Assembly: GCA_030141605.1 (NCBI GenBank)
Contig: JAQGDQ010002375.1
Span: 186,001 to 250,000 of the forward strand
DNA length: 64,000 bases
Direction of reading: 5' to 3'
Source: Tubiluchus corallicola
Lineage: Eukaryota > Animalia > Priapulida
Shown here: piece by piece, positions 37,301 through 60,600 of the stretch
How the letters are laid out: each line of letters begins with the position of its first letter
Numbering within the stretch: position 1 is the first letter of the stretch
Position numbers and translations under genes: made by a program
Notes under the pieces: model-generated
Database searches by the model: none
What the model was told of the DNA's origin: nothing
The model's input: only the letters and a program-made list of their open reading frames with translations

Positions 37301-38960
37301 TAGTCAGTAACCAATTACTAATTAATAAGCAGGTAGTTCTGTATCTCAGTATCACAGCTTTAGGTAAGATTGACACCATCACGTTCAAAAAAGGAAGTCA
37401 TGTACAGATCACTGCCAAGATAGCCATATGCTGTGCTAAGAAGAAATAGTGAAATGTTATTTACACAGGGCTAATCAAAACAACTCCCATTCCACACAGC
37501 AGCACGACAATAAGTGTCGACCATTAATTTAGCCATAAGTATTTCCATTTTTGCTATTAACAGTTTGACAATTGAGCAAGTAAGTTAAACAACAACATCA
37601 TAATAGCATTAATAACTCATGGCATGAGCTTTATGCAGGACCTTATTTTTGTTATGGCCTTACATGCAGGGCCAAGTTTTAATCCATTTAGACAGATTTG
37701 TTCAAATTGGGCTAAACCCCGCACACGTGTTCGAGTAGAGGACACTATGATGAATTAATGAATGTCCAATGCGTGCGAAGTTTCTCGATACTGTGCAGGC
37801 AGTGAAACTATTCGATCAGTCCTCGTATGTTTATGTTTAATGTTTTTTTATTGATCACTTCTTTCTTTGTTTTCTAATTTCAGTTTATTGTAACAATTTC
37901 CTTTTTTTTTAAAAATAAAGCCCTATGTACATTAGGTAGATCGTCATTGAATTTTGATTTTACTATTTTGTGCACTATATTCAAACCCTCAACATAGAAA
38001 GAGCGCTGTACTGTTCTGCAGTATTAGTAGGGTAAAGAGCCCCACTAACAATTTTCTAATTGAGCCCCACACTTCCTAGAGCCAGCCCTGCTTACACAGA
38101 TCGCAAAATACATTATAACTTTTGCTGAGACACATCTAATGAAGCACTCTATGGGGGATGTCAGGAGATGTCACACATATAAATTCATAATACAGTGGAC
38201 TCTCGTTACAAGAATCACACGTATAAGAATCAGCTCGATATAAGAATCAAAATCGCGTTTCCCGAATTTAATCGGCATTTTCCTAGTGAAAATCCGCCCG
38301 TATAAGAATCACCCTTCTTTCGATAGTAGAATCAATTTTGGCACCAACTCCATTGTCTCTCACGCCCTGCTTACAAGGTTCTGCGCAGTGGGCGTGGCGG
38401 AAAAAATAATGTGCATTAAAAAAATTTTTAAGGCAATTCTGGCATCATGAAATATTTACCCAACCATGAAATGAAAACATTAGTCTAGTAATTTTTAGGT
38501 CCTTTTTAGGCCAGAAAAACGTTATGCTGTTTCATGTCATTTCTAGCGTAATTTCGGGAAATAAATAATTTTTATGTGCATAAAATTTTTTTAAAGCAAT
38601 TCTGTGTCATGCTTGTTATAAGAATCGCTTGCTATAAGAATCACTTTGCCTTCTCCCGAGGTGATTCTTATAACGAGAGTCCACTGTACTTTAATCTTGA
38701 ACTTTTACAGTAATATGTTAGATGATTAGACTAAATGAGACAATGCGATTAAAGTAAAAACCTGCAGGTATTTCATTTGGTAGTTTGCATGGCAGGACAT
38801 CAGTCTGTATCATTCGCATTCCCTGTTCTGCAAATTCACAGTTGACAAGGATAGAAAAACTAGTCACTGCACCAGCCTTCAAACATTCTACAATGCCACG
38901 ATTGCGCTCTGGACAATAACCAAAATCATCAGCATTGATGATCAGTCGACATTCTGCCAT
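34301..38960 (-). CDS. YDJC: YdjC/ChbG-family carbohydrate deacetylase
   Basis: Five phase-consistent coding exons: 38960-38762, 37052-36913, 36279-36180, 35416-35227, 34601-34301. Motifs LIINADDFG, GLHLNLTEG, HVDGHQHVHV, ELMVHPGY. An acceptor at 38971 implies further upstream exon(s). Confidence 0.93.
35012..35116. repeat. Perfect 27-bp inverted repeat in the last YDJC intron
   Basis: TGACTTTGATGACCAATTGGTCCTTCG (35012-35038) and its exact reverse complement (35090-35116). Confidence 0.92.
37667..38090. mobile_element. hAT-like MITE
   Basis: Ends CAGGGC...GCCCTG with imperfect 8-bp TSD CTTACATG / CTTACACA. Confidence 0.5.
38193..38686. mobile_element. Tc1/mariner (pogo/Tigger-like) MITE
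   Basis: TA|CAGTGGACTCTCGTTACAAGAATCAC...GTGATTCTTATAACGAGAGTCCACTG|TA; subterminal TATAAGAATC repeats. Confidence 0.9.
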
Positions 38961-39838
38961 GACCAGGGATCTAAAAAACAAAAAATGCAAACTAATTTCC
39001 ACATGAGTCTATTTGCCATGAAGACTATGCAGAAAATGTGTGAAAACATCATCATATCCGTGGAAACTAGGATCTGTTTGATGAAATTTGTAGTTGCACT
39101 TGATGTTTCAACACTTGGTATCAATAATCTGTCACAAATGTTTCCACTATCCTGAATTCCTGATATTGTATATGCTGTGAGACGCTAGTGCAAAACATAC
39201 CAAAGCTACAGTGTACACATCCTGGATATAAACCACGAGATGAATTAGGTGGTCGTTACCTCATATGCTTAACCCAGGTCAGATTTTTCACCCACTTGAA
39301 AGGCAATACTGCCACCTTTGAAAGATTCTGCCAGCTTTTGCCATTACAGCTGCAACTGCAAAACTGTTTCCAAACACTTATTGCTTTAATAAAATTATAA
39401 TATTATTGCCTTGGGTGCCTCAGGGATAAACTGTGTCCACAGACATCCACACATTTATATGATGGATAATATGTGGCCTAGTGTTTTGAGACTTACAAGA
39501 TTTATTAAAGCCAATCGTTCCACCAATTTGTTGTTCATACCGTTATGAAAAGATAATAGCTTAAAACACAAGGAAACACCCTTCATGGATGTTTAAAAAA
39601 TTTCTCAAAACTTAAAAAATACTAAGCAATATAACTCTGCAGAGATAGTTCCTTGGGATACAGTTAAAATTCCCTTATCTTCCCTTTAATTGAAAACTCT
39701 TTAACTTGAATGTTCTGGAATTTTTTTATACTGACTTCAGCAAATAAGCTCTAGAAATATAGACAATACAAATAGTTCTAGTCAAATAAATTGGTTACTA
39801 AAATGTACAAAAGAAACATTATAATATGAAAGTTGCAC

Positions 39839-40587
39839 ATGTTTTATCAGATTGGTAGTAAAAAGAAATATTTGCCCGGAAAACATCAGTCATCTCAGAT
39901 TATTCCAGCAACAAGTACTCCTCGTCGTAAACAAGTCGGTCGACTGTTTCCTCCCGATCTTTCGTCCGTAGTACTGTCAGAAGATTCTGTTGCTGCTGCA
40001 CATGTGACCAACGTTCAACCTGTTGCTAATTCATCAGTTACAAGTCCTGGTATTAAGAAGCCAGCAGTAAAGCAGACGGCTCGTAAGTCGTTCATTCCAA
40101 GAGCGACCACTCGAGCGAGCCAGCGGAACCTTTCTCCAAAGAAACAAAGTTCTCCTGCTGAATCCAGAGTGAAATCTTCTACCAAGGCGACATCTGTGTC
40201 CTCGGTTAAACAAACGGCACGGAAATCTTTTCTTGTCAACAGCGAATTCAATCAAATGGAATCTTACGGAATAGTTCTTCCAGCGGAAAGTCTTCTGCTA
40301 GGAATTTTATCTCACAGTCATCCCCGAGTTTGGAACGACCAGTGAGGTCTTCTCCGAGGCGACCCGGATCACCTGCATACGCATTTTTGCCACCTGCACC
40401 TTCTGATACGGACCATGGCAAAGTGCATCAGCTTCAGTCTTCTGCAAGACATTTTAGGTTGCATGCGACGAGACGTTCTTACCCACCTGTGCCTTCGAGT
40501 AGCGTAGACCTGGGGGAGGTGCAGCAATTGAGGTCGTCTCCTAGTAATAGAAAATTCTCTTCAGTAATAGAAAAACATAAATATTAA
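39839..40587 (+). CDS. Orphan Ser/Pro/Arg/Lys-rich protein or exon with two histone H3 tail-like motifs; one apparent frameshift (gene, pseudogene or sequence error)
   Basis: Visibly GC-richer island. ATG at 39839 or a splice acceptor at 39850. VKQTARKSF is encoded at 40067-40093 and 40205-40231 with only synonymous differences. The -1 frame is open from 40210 to 40587 and continues the same composition. Confidence 0.55.
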
Positions 40588-40979
40588 CTAACAAGAATAC
40601 TTCACTGGTTTGCGAGTCACACCTCACTGACTTCTTATATCTCCTAGATTTTTCTTCGGTTGCGGACTTCCACTTCTGCATCTTCGAGTCTTACAGCTCT
40701 CCATCTGCTGAATTTCCATTTTCGTTTAGTATTCAGTTAGCAACACAGTATACGGCCGTTAAATGGTTTTGAATGTTCTAAAATCTGAACCAGACTGCAT
40801 GTGCTCGCTCAGCCTCGCTGCAAAGTATTCATAAATAAGAATATTACAGTACTACTACTAGTACAATACGCGTACTTAATCGGAATTCGGGATAAATAGT
40901 ATATTTGTAATTATTAACAGAGCGTGTGAGGTTTACAGTCACGCTAGAATTGCGTACCACCACCGTAGTAGTAAATAAT

Positions 40980-41300
40980 TGTTGGGAGCTGAGTATGACA
41001 CTAGCCCACGTACCACAATTGGTGTACAAGGGCTAGCCCAAGTAGGACGCGTCGTACATGGGCTGCCCAAGTAGGACACTAGAGGCAGATCACGAATTGA
41101 GTCGTTAAACTTACTGGCAGGGTTCGTTGTCCTTTTTTATTTAATAATAATAGTTGAAAACGTCAGTACATATTGAGTAATTTATGATACATCTGATAAA
41201 ATAAAAGAATCTTATTCTGAGCTAGTAGAACGGCCAATATTAAATTTGGCTTCGATATTAATGTTTTTGAAGTGAAATAAGCCTGCATTTTAGGCGATTC
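40980..41300. mobile_element. Truncated left part of the 30775-31482 MITE family
   Basis: GGCTAGCCCAAGTAGGACGCGTCGTAC...GAATTGAGTCGTTAA...ATACATCTGATAAAATAAAAGAAT aligns to about 30790-31090. Confidence 0.85.
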
Positions 41301-41339
41301 CAACATTTGCTAAAGCTGCATATTTCGTCTCGCTTCGCA

Positions 41340-41760
41340 GACAGGTGTTTCACTACCTCTTGGACAAATAACTGTTTTTACATTCTCTACAACTCAGAAT
41401 TATGGAAAATCAAATCTCATCACAAATCAGAAAATAGATGTATTTCAAAGAAATTGTAGAAACATAAAATTGTAGGGAAAAACGGCCAAAGAAAATATCA
41501 AACCAGGATCTGCATAATAAAGCCTAGGCAGGCAAACGGACAGTTAAGATCAAAACTAAAAGATTACGATTGATAGGGCATGTTATCCGACTACCAGATG
41601 ACAGCCCATTAAAATTATGTTTCAAGAAGCACTGCAAAAAGAATTGAAAGAAAACGCAAGGAAGACTATTGCTGACTTACATTAATTTCATCCAAAAAGA
41701 TTTTATCAACGCACCATTAGATGCCAAAAAAACAGAGACATGAGGATTGTCTCCAGAAAT
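41340..41760 (+). mobile_element. Decayed RTE-like LINE 3' fragment
   Basis: Translates to KRLRLIGHVIRLPDDSPLK, resembling the RTE RRLRWxGHVxR motif; related to 26400-26870. Boundaries approximate. Confidence 0.65.
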
Positions 41761-41964
41761 AAAAATTAATGAATGAGTATTATTATCTATGGTTTACCAG
41801 TTTTGATGTAGTTTTACATTTGGACACTGTGAAGCGCCACTTTTAGTATTGCCTGGAAGCGGCATGCAAGTCGTCGGTTTCTGAACATTTTTGGGAAATT
41901 TCTTTAAAAATTCAGATTAAACCAAATCTACGATCATTGAGCCGAGCCTTAAATTAACCTTAGC

Positions 41965-54628
<12,664 letters not shown>

Positions 54629-54907
54629 CAGCTATGTGAATCCATTAGAGCATGCACGCAAGAATAAATAATATTACTAGAATGGGGCGATTATTATCCT
54701 GTGATTTTTACTTGGTTTTATTGATCTGTAATTTTTTTACCCAATTTCTCATCTAGGTTTAGACACAGCAGTTGACAGGGTAAATTGTTCCATGTTTGTT
54801 AATTATGTCATAGGCTGATTTGTTTTATGTAGCATGAATGAAATGTTTTAACGATTAACTGCTTATCTTTATTGTAAGATGTTGATGATGGGAGCAAAAA
54901 CATTTAA

Positions 54908-55473
54908 AGGAAAACTGGACCCAATCCTAAACTGTAGGTCAAAACAATCTACTCTTTAGAATATTGAAAGAGAACATATTATTTTTTAAAGAATGACTTA
55001 GTGAAAGAATAATTTTCTGTTCCAGTGGTTTGTTCTTCGCTGTTACGCCACTCTTTAGTTAGATTTGCATTAAAACTTTGCATAAAAAACATGTCCTGCA
55101 CATCTCAGTTCAGAGCTGTTCATTTGTGACGTAATACACAAGTTCAAGAGCTCATGTGCGAGCACAGCTGTAAATTTAAAATTTCAATTTTTATCTTAAA
55201 AAGATTTTGTATATGTCACCGATTGTTGTACAGTAGCACTGTACTTCGATTTTCACTTTTACAACCACATTCAACACTCTTATAGAATGTTTGTGCTGTT
55301 GAAAATTGTGTTCGTTTTGTGATGTCATCAGTAGCTGGGCTGGCAATTAATTAAGTTTTTAACCTATTATTTAATTATCAGAAATGCTTTGGTTTTATTA
55401 TGTTTGTTAAAATGTATACATTTTACTGTATTTCAGGGTGGGGTAGGATATGAAAAATCGTCCTGTTTTGCTT
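54908..55473. mobile_element. Kolobok-like MITE downstream of the AGPS stop
   Basis: TTAA|AGGAAAACTGGAC...GTCCTGTTTTGCT; similar to 24200-24812 and more distantly to 15668-16197. Confidence 0.7.
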
Positions 55474-56058
55474 CAAATATTTTACTGAAAATGGAATTTT
55501 GTTTTAAGAATACTTGTCAGAAATAATTTAATATTTCAATGTGACATTTGGCTTCTGTTTTAAGTACTGGTTTCACTAATCTCTAATTAATTTCATTGGT
55601 CTGTTTGTGAAAATTACAATTGAGTACCATAAGCCACTTCTGAATATCCGATAATACTATGTACAATATTGGAGATTTTTTGGACTGGTAAGCAAGAACA
55701 ATAACCAACAAGTCAAGCTCGAACAAAAGCATGCCATGTTTCTATACATTAGTTGTATACTTTAATTACTACTTTGAGTTGTAGTTTTGTTCTTTTTGAA
55801 CTGTCAGGTGAACGTTTGCTGTTGAACCGTTGAAGATTGTCGTACTGTGTTTTATTGTTCAACATTAGGCATGTAAACGGGTTAATATCTATCATTGATT
55901 TCTTTGTTCTTGTTTCAGTTTTCTATTCCTTTCATTATTCCCCAGCTTCAAAGCAAGTTAATTTAAAATTTTTTTATACCATATGAGTTAGTAGTAGTAG
56001 TAGTATTTACTATTCATGGAGTTCCAAAGAACTTAGAACACATGGTTTACAATTCAAG

Positions 56059-56114
56059 TTTACGACCACATGGTTTACAATTCAAGTTTACGACACTGGC
56101 ATACAAAAATTCGA
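56059..56114. repeat. 28-bp tandem duplication
   Basis: CACATGGTTTACAATTCAAGTTTACGAC occurs twice. Confidence 0.9.
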
Positions 56115-57693
56115 CAAATCTTGTAGTTAATGATCATCCAGTGATCTGTTACTAAGGAATGGAAAATTGGATTCTATAGAAATGTGTTGAGCAAGCATCA
56201 TGCAGGTAAAATTACTCTGGCTTCAGGAGCGATTACTAATCAATTAATACAATTGAAGAATTGATAAGAGTGCACAATTTGTTTGAATTATGAGTGCTAC
56301 AGGTGCCAAAATAATGACAAATACAATAGTTATTTTCCATTTTTTATGTTGATGTTCTTAATTAAGTTTTCTTCATTGTTTACCTGGTTTCTCTACAGGT
56401 GCAAAATTGTGATATTTTTATAATTTAAACATATTTTATATCTTGTTGATTACATATTTAACTGTAATTTGTATCTAGTTGGAATATACATCGCTATTTC
56501 AATGTATGTATGAATTATTGTTTTTTATTTTTTTTATTTTGAAAAAAAACTTCAAATTTTATAATTAAATTTTAAATAAGATTAATTTTATTATTTTTTC
56601 TTGTCTAAATATGTGTGACACTGCTGAATAACACAAAATTTGAGAAGCCTCTTATTGAATGGGAAAAGAAGTCTGAATTAAACATTTTGATGAAAGCTGT
56701 TTCCACTGCCGAAACATCCCAAATAAAGTTCTGCATCATGTTTTTTACATTGTTGGTGTTCATATTTAAACTAGAAAACTGAAAACTTTTTGAAAACCTA
56801 AAATATTTCACCGAAAAATATGTTAGTTTAATCACAGACATTTATTCAATAATAATCTATTTACTACTACAACAAAATTTACAAAATAAATAATTTATTC
56901 AAAGAATGTTTTCACAAAATAGTACATTTAGTTATATTATGCTTAGGTTAAGTTGAATTTGCAATACATAAAAAAGTATATTAGCATATTAATGTTCAAA
57001 TACACATGAAGTTCACACGTGAACTTATCCATATAATGATACAGATAAAGGTGTTATTCTTAATTGCAGAAAAGTGGTTCATGGAGTAGTGCTGTGTCAG
57101 CACTCTCAATTTTATTGCATGATTTATGAATCAAATAATACTAGTTGACCATCCTACAATGAGGGGGCACCAACATGCAGTCCTGAGTAAGAATGAGATA
57201 GTGAACAGTATACATCTTTGTGTGCTTATATTTGCACGCATGGTATACGTTTCACAGTCCATTGTCCACGATCCATTAATCTCGAATTGTAACATAACTT
57301 CGTCAGGAGTAAAAAATGTGAGTATCCGATTCACAGATTTAAATGTCGCACGTGCGTAAGAAAGGAATTCCTAGCCTGCAATATTGGGCAATACATCGTA
57401 AGGGTGTTGCTCAAGATTTATGCTTAACAGTCGAATGCAGTTTTAGTATTAGAATGCTTGCCTATCAACAGACTGCCTTTCTTGTGTAACAAGATGGCAC
57501 CCATTCTCTGTGTCACAATTTACGCGAGGCTAAAGCACGTCTTACACGTGCAGCATTTAAATCTATGACTCAATTCCATATTCAGAGACGTTTAATATGT
57601 TGAACAGCATTATTTTACTCCCTGCGACAGTCAACAAATTTACAATCTTTGCTACATCAATGCACCGCTTTTCCATGATTTCTAGTGAGCACC

Positions 57694-60600
57694 TCAAATG
57701 ATGGTTTCCTTAATAGGAGAGAAAGCATAGTCGCCCTTTTGCTCTCTATGATACTGCATAATGCGTATCTGAACCTTGATGTCTGTGCAGGCTTCTCGTT
57801 CTATCCGTATTTGGTTAAGCAGATCTGCATTTTTTTGCTGCAAGAGAGAAAAAAGTAATTTCATTAATGTAAAACAGAGCACCCTGACTGATGGCAACTT
57901 AGTAGCTACATTATTAAGGACTGAGTCAGTAGCTAGCAAACACATATCTGCAAAAGGTTTCCTTTTTATTTACCAGAAAAATATTTCAATGATGTTGAAG
58001 CATCACTGAAATATTTTTCTGCTAAATAAATGAACTACAGCTATAATACAGCTGCAAGCTCACTCAGCTATAACACTAGTATATTACATTTCACAGAATC
58101 CATGAAATCATCGAGCTTACTTACCTCCAACGAATCATTATCTATCATGACTTTGCGCAGCATCTCGAGGAGTTCTTCCTCATCTTCTGAGTCGCTGCTG
58201 CTTGCGCTTTCAAAATCAGTAGATGAACTGGACTCACTGCTGCTGAATTCTAGGCGGGATCGTTCAATCTCTGCTTTCTCTTCCCGCAGCCTCAGAACCT
58301 CCTCCTTCTCTGACTGGATGCGACGCTGCAACTGCTGTCCGATGGATTTCAATTCTTCCTCTTCTATTAGTAAGTATCTTTGCTCGGCTAACAGATCGAG
58401 TATTTCGTCTGTGACGTCTGTAGCCTCACCATTTTCAACATCAGTAACGTTACCATCTGCTTTAGCTTGCTTTTCTTCTAGCATGGTCCCATCTTCACCT
58501 GCACCTACAAAATTGGTTTCTCTAGCAATTTTGGGTACATTGTTTTCACCTGCGACGTGCTTTTGGGTCGTGCTCATATTCAAGTTATGCACATTAGCAT
58601 TATGAACATCTGCTGTAATTACAGTGGAGCTTTCATTTTTGAAAGTCACTTTTGTCTCTTTTCCACTGTCTGACTTAGTAGTGATATCTTCTGTAAGGTT
58701 AGCACCTAGTTCCCTTGCTTTGGTTGCATCTCCCTCTTCTAGCCCCAAAGTAATTTGTCCAGGATCAACGCACCAGTTGAGATTGAGTTCAGGTTTACTT
58801 GCAGCTTCTAAATTCAGCCCAGACTCTTGACTAGTGTGTAGACTCCGTCTTACTGCTGCTAAAGCTTTCGTTGGATCAGGAGCTCGTCCTAAATTATGTA
58901 AAAGAACTGACATAAGAACTTAGAAGTGAAGAAAAAATGAAAGTAGTTCTTAGGTAGCATTACTGTTACAGTAACTAGTGCCGTATCATTCAACCAGGCT
59001 CAGTATTACCGCAGCAGCTGCTAATTCTAGTAAGTTCAGTTGTACTAACGAGTATGCAACAAATACGTGGAAAAAAGGTATCAGTGCTAAATACAAAATC
59101 AGTATGTTTGTGTAACGGAAGGTAAGCGAAGGTAGCTATAAAAAGATTGCAAGAAAAAGTGTTTTTTTGGTGTACAGATAATTCGCACAACTTAAGCCAT
59201 TTACTCCCCCTGCACAGACTAAACGTTACAACAGCAAAAACACCACCAAGTTTAAATTGCCTATAATCAAAATTGAATGATACAAAAAAGTTTTATTTCC
59301 TACAGTTTATTTAACTATCAATAACTCTTTGTTTGTACTTAGCTAATCACTGCATATTTGTGCAAATTTTGTTCAGATTCTGTTTAGTAATCTTTAAGTT
59401 TACATGTTAAAAATTTTAAGAATGTATTTTACCAATTTTAGATACTGTGTATTAACTATATTTAGAGTAATTTTATTAATCTTGTTTTAAATCGTGTTTT
59501 AATCCCATTTTTGTTGCATTTTTTATTGAACAAGCTATGGTAAGGTACATCTGACTTTCTCACCTTTTGCGTGTCTTGAACGAGGTGATTTTGAGGGAGT
59601 TCCAGAGGCACTTACACTGTTGACTGCAACATCTCCCTCTTTTGCATTAGATGATTTCAGATCTGAGACTCGCTTTGCAATTTTGAGCTAAAAAGAATCA
59701 GTAAAAACGCATCCAGAACTTGAAAACTGATACCTACATTTTCGTCATATGATACCACCATCATCATCATCTTCACCATCACCATTGCCGCCGCCACTGC
59801 CACTATCATCATCGTTGTTACTATTATTACCATTAAGCATAGTTGTAACCAAAATGTATAAGAGCAAGTTTAGCACACTGAAGTAATTTTAGGTCTTGAG
59901 CTACATTATCAATTCTAGTCTATAACAAACCTTTCTTTTGAGTTGTGTTACAATGCGCTGTATCTCCCACAACAATTCCTCCTTCTCCTTGCTTGTTTTT
60001 CCAGCATTTATCTCCTTATGAAGCATATCAAGTTTGGCTTCTTGCTTCGCCAACTCCCTCTGTATGCCTTCCGTACTATCTGGCAGTTCAATGGACCATC
60101 GAGTTGCAGTACCAGGCTTAATGAGGGGCCTGTACCTTTAGTGAAGAAAATGGAAAAATGGAACATACCACAACTGTACCTGTATGAAGATATGACTAAT
60201 TTGATAAATAAGAACAAATAAATTGACAAAGTGAGTACGTAATAGTTGGTTCACAATACTTTGTAACAATCTAATAACAGATGCAGTCGCATTTTCTTGA
60301 CTAATTACTCATCATCACTATCAACCAATCATGATCACATGCCTCAAAAATAAATTTATATTAATTTCATTTGATTTACTTTGATGTAGCATACAGCGTG
60401 ATACATTTAAATACATCTAATTACCAATTAATGTACTTCGTTATAGTTTTGACAAACAAATCCAGTGAAATTCAGTCAGTTTACGCTTGCACAATTGGTA
60501 AAATTTATGTACTAATATTAAGGGGCAAATAAATATTAGTACCTTAATAATGTGTACATAAGTATGGAGTTACTAATTACTATAGCAAAAACAGTCTGTA

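Noticed and set aside
39839-41000. Histone H3 or CENP-A gene
   Set aside because: No histone-fold sequence (e.g. RPGTVALREIR) is visible downstream; only the tail motif is present.
58030-58830. Plus-strand 191-aa and 68-aa ORFs
   Set aside because: Antisense shadows of the large RALBP1 exon.
59750-59835. Gly/Asp/Asn-rich possible alternative RALBP1 exon
   Set aside because: Decayed trinucleotide repeat with a stop in the best frame.
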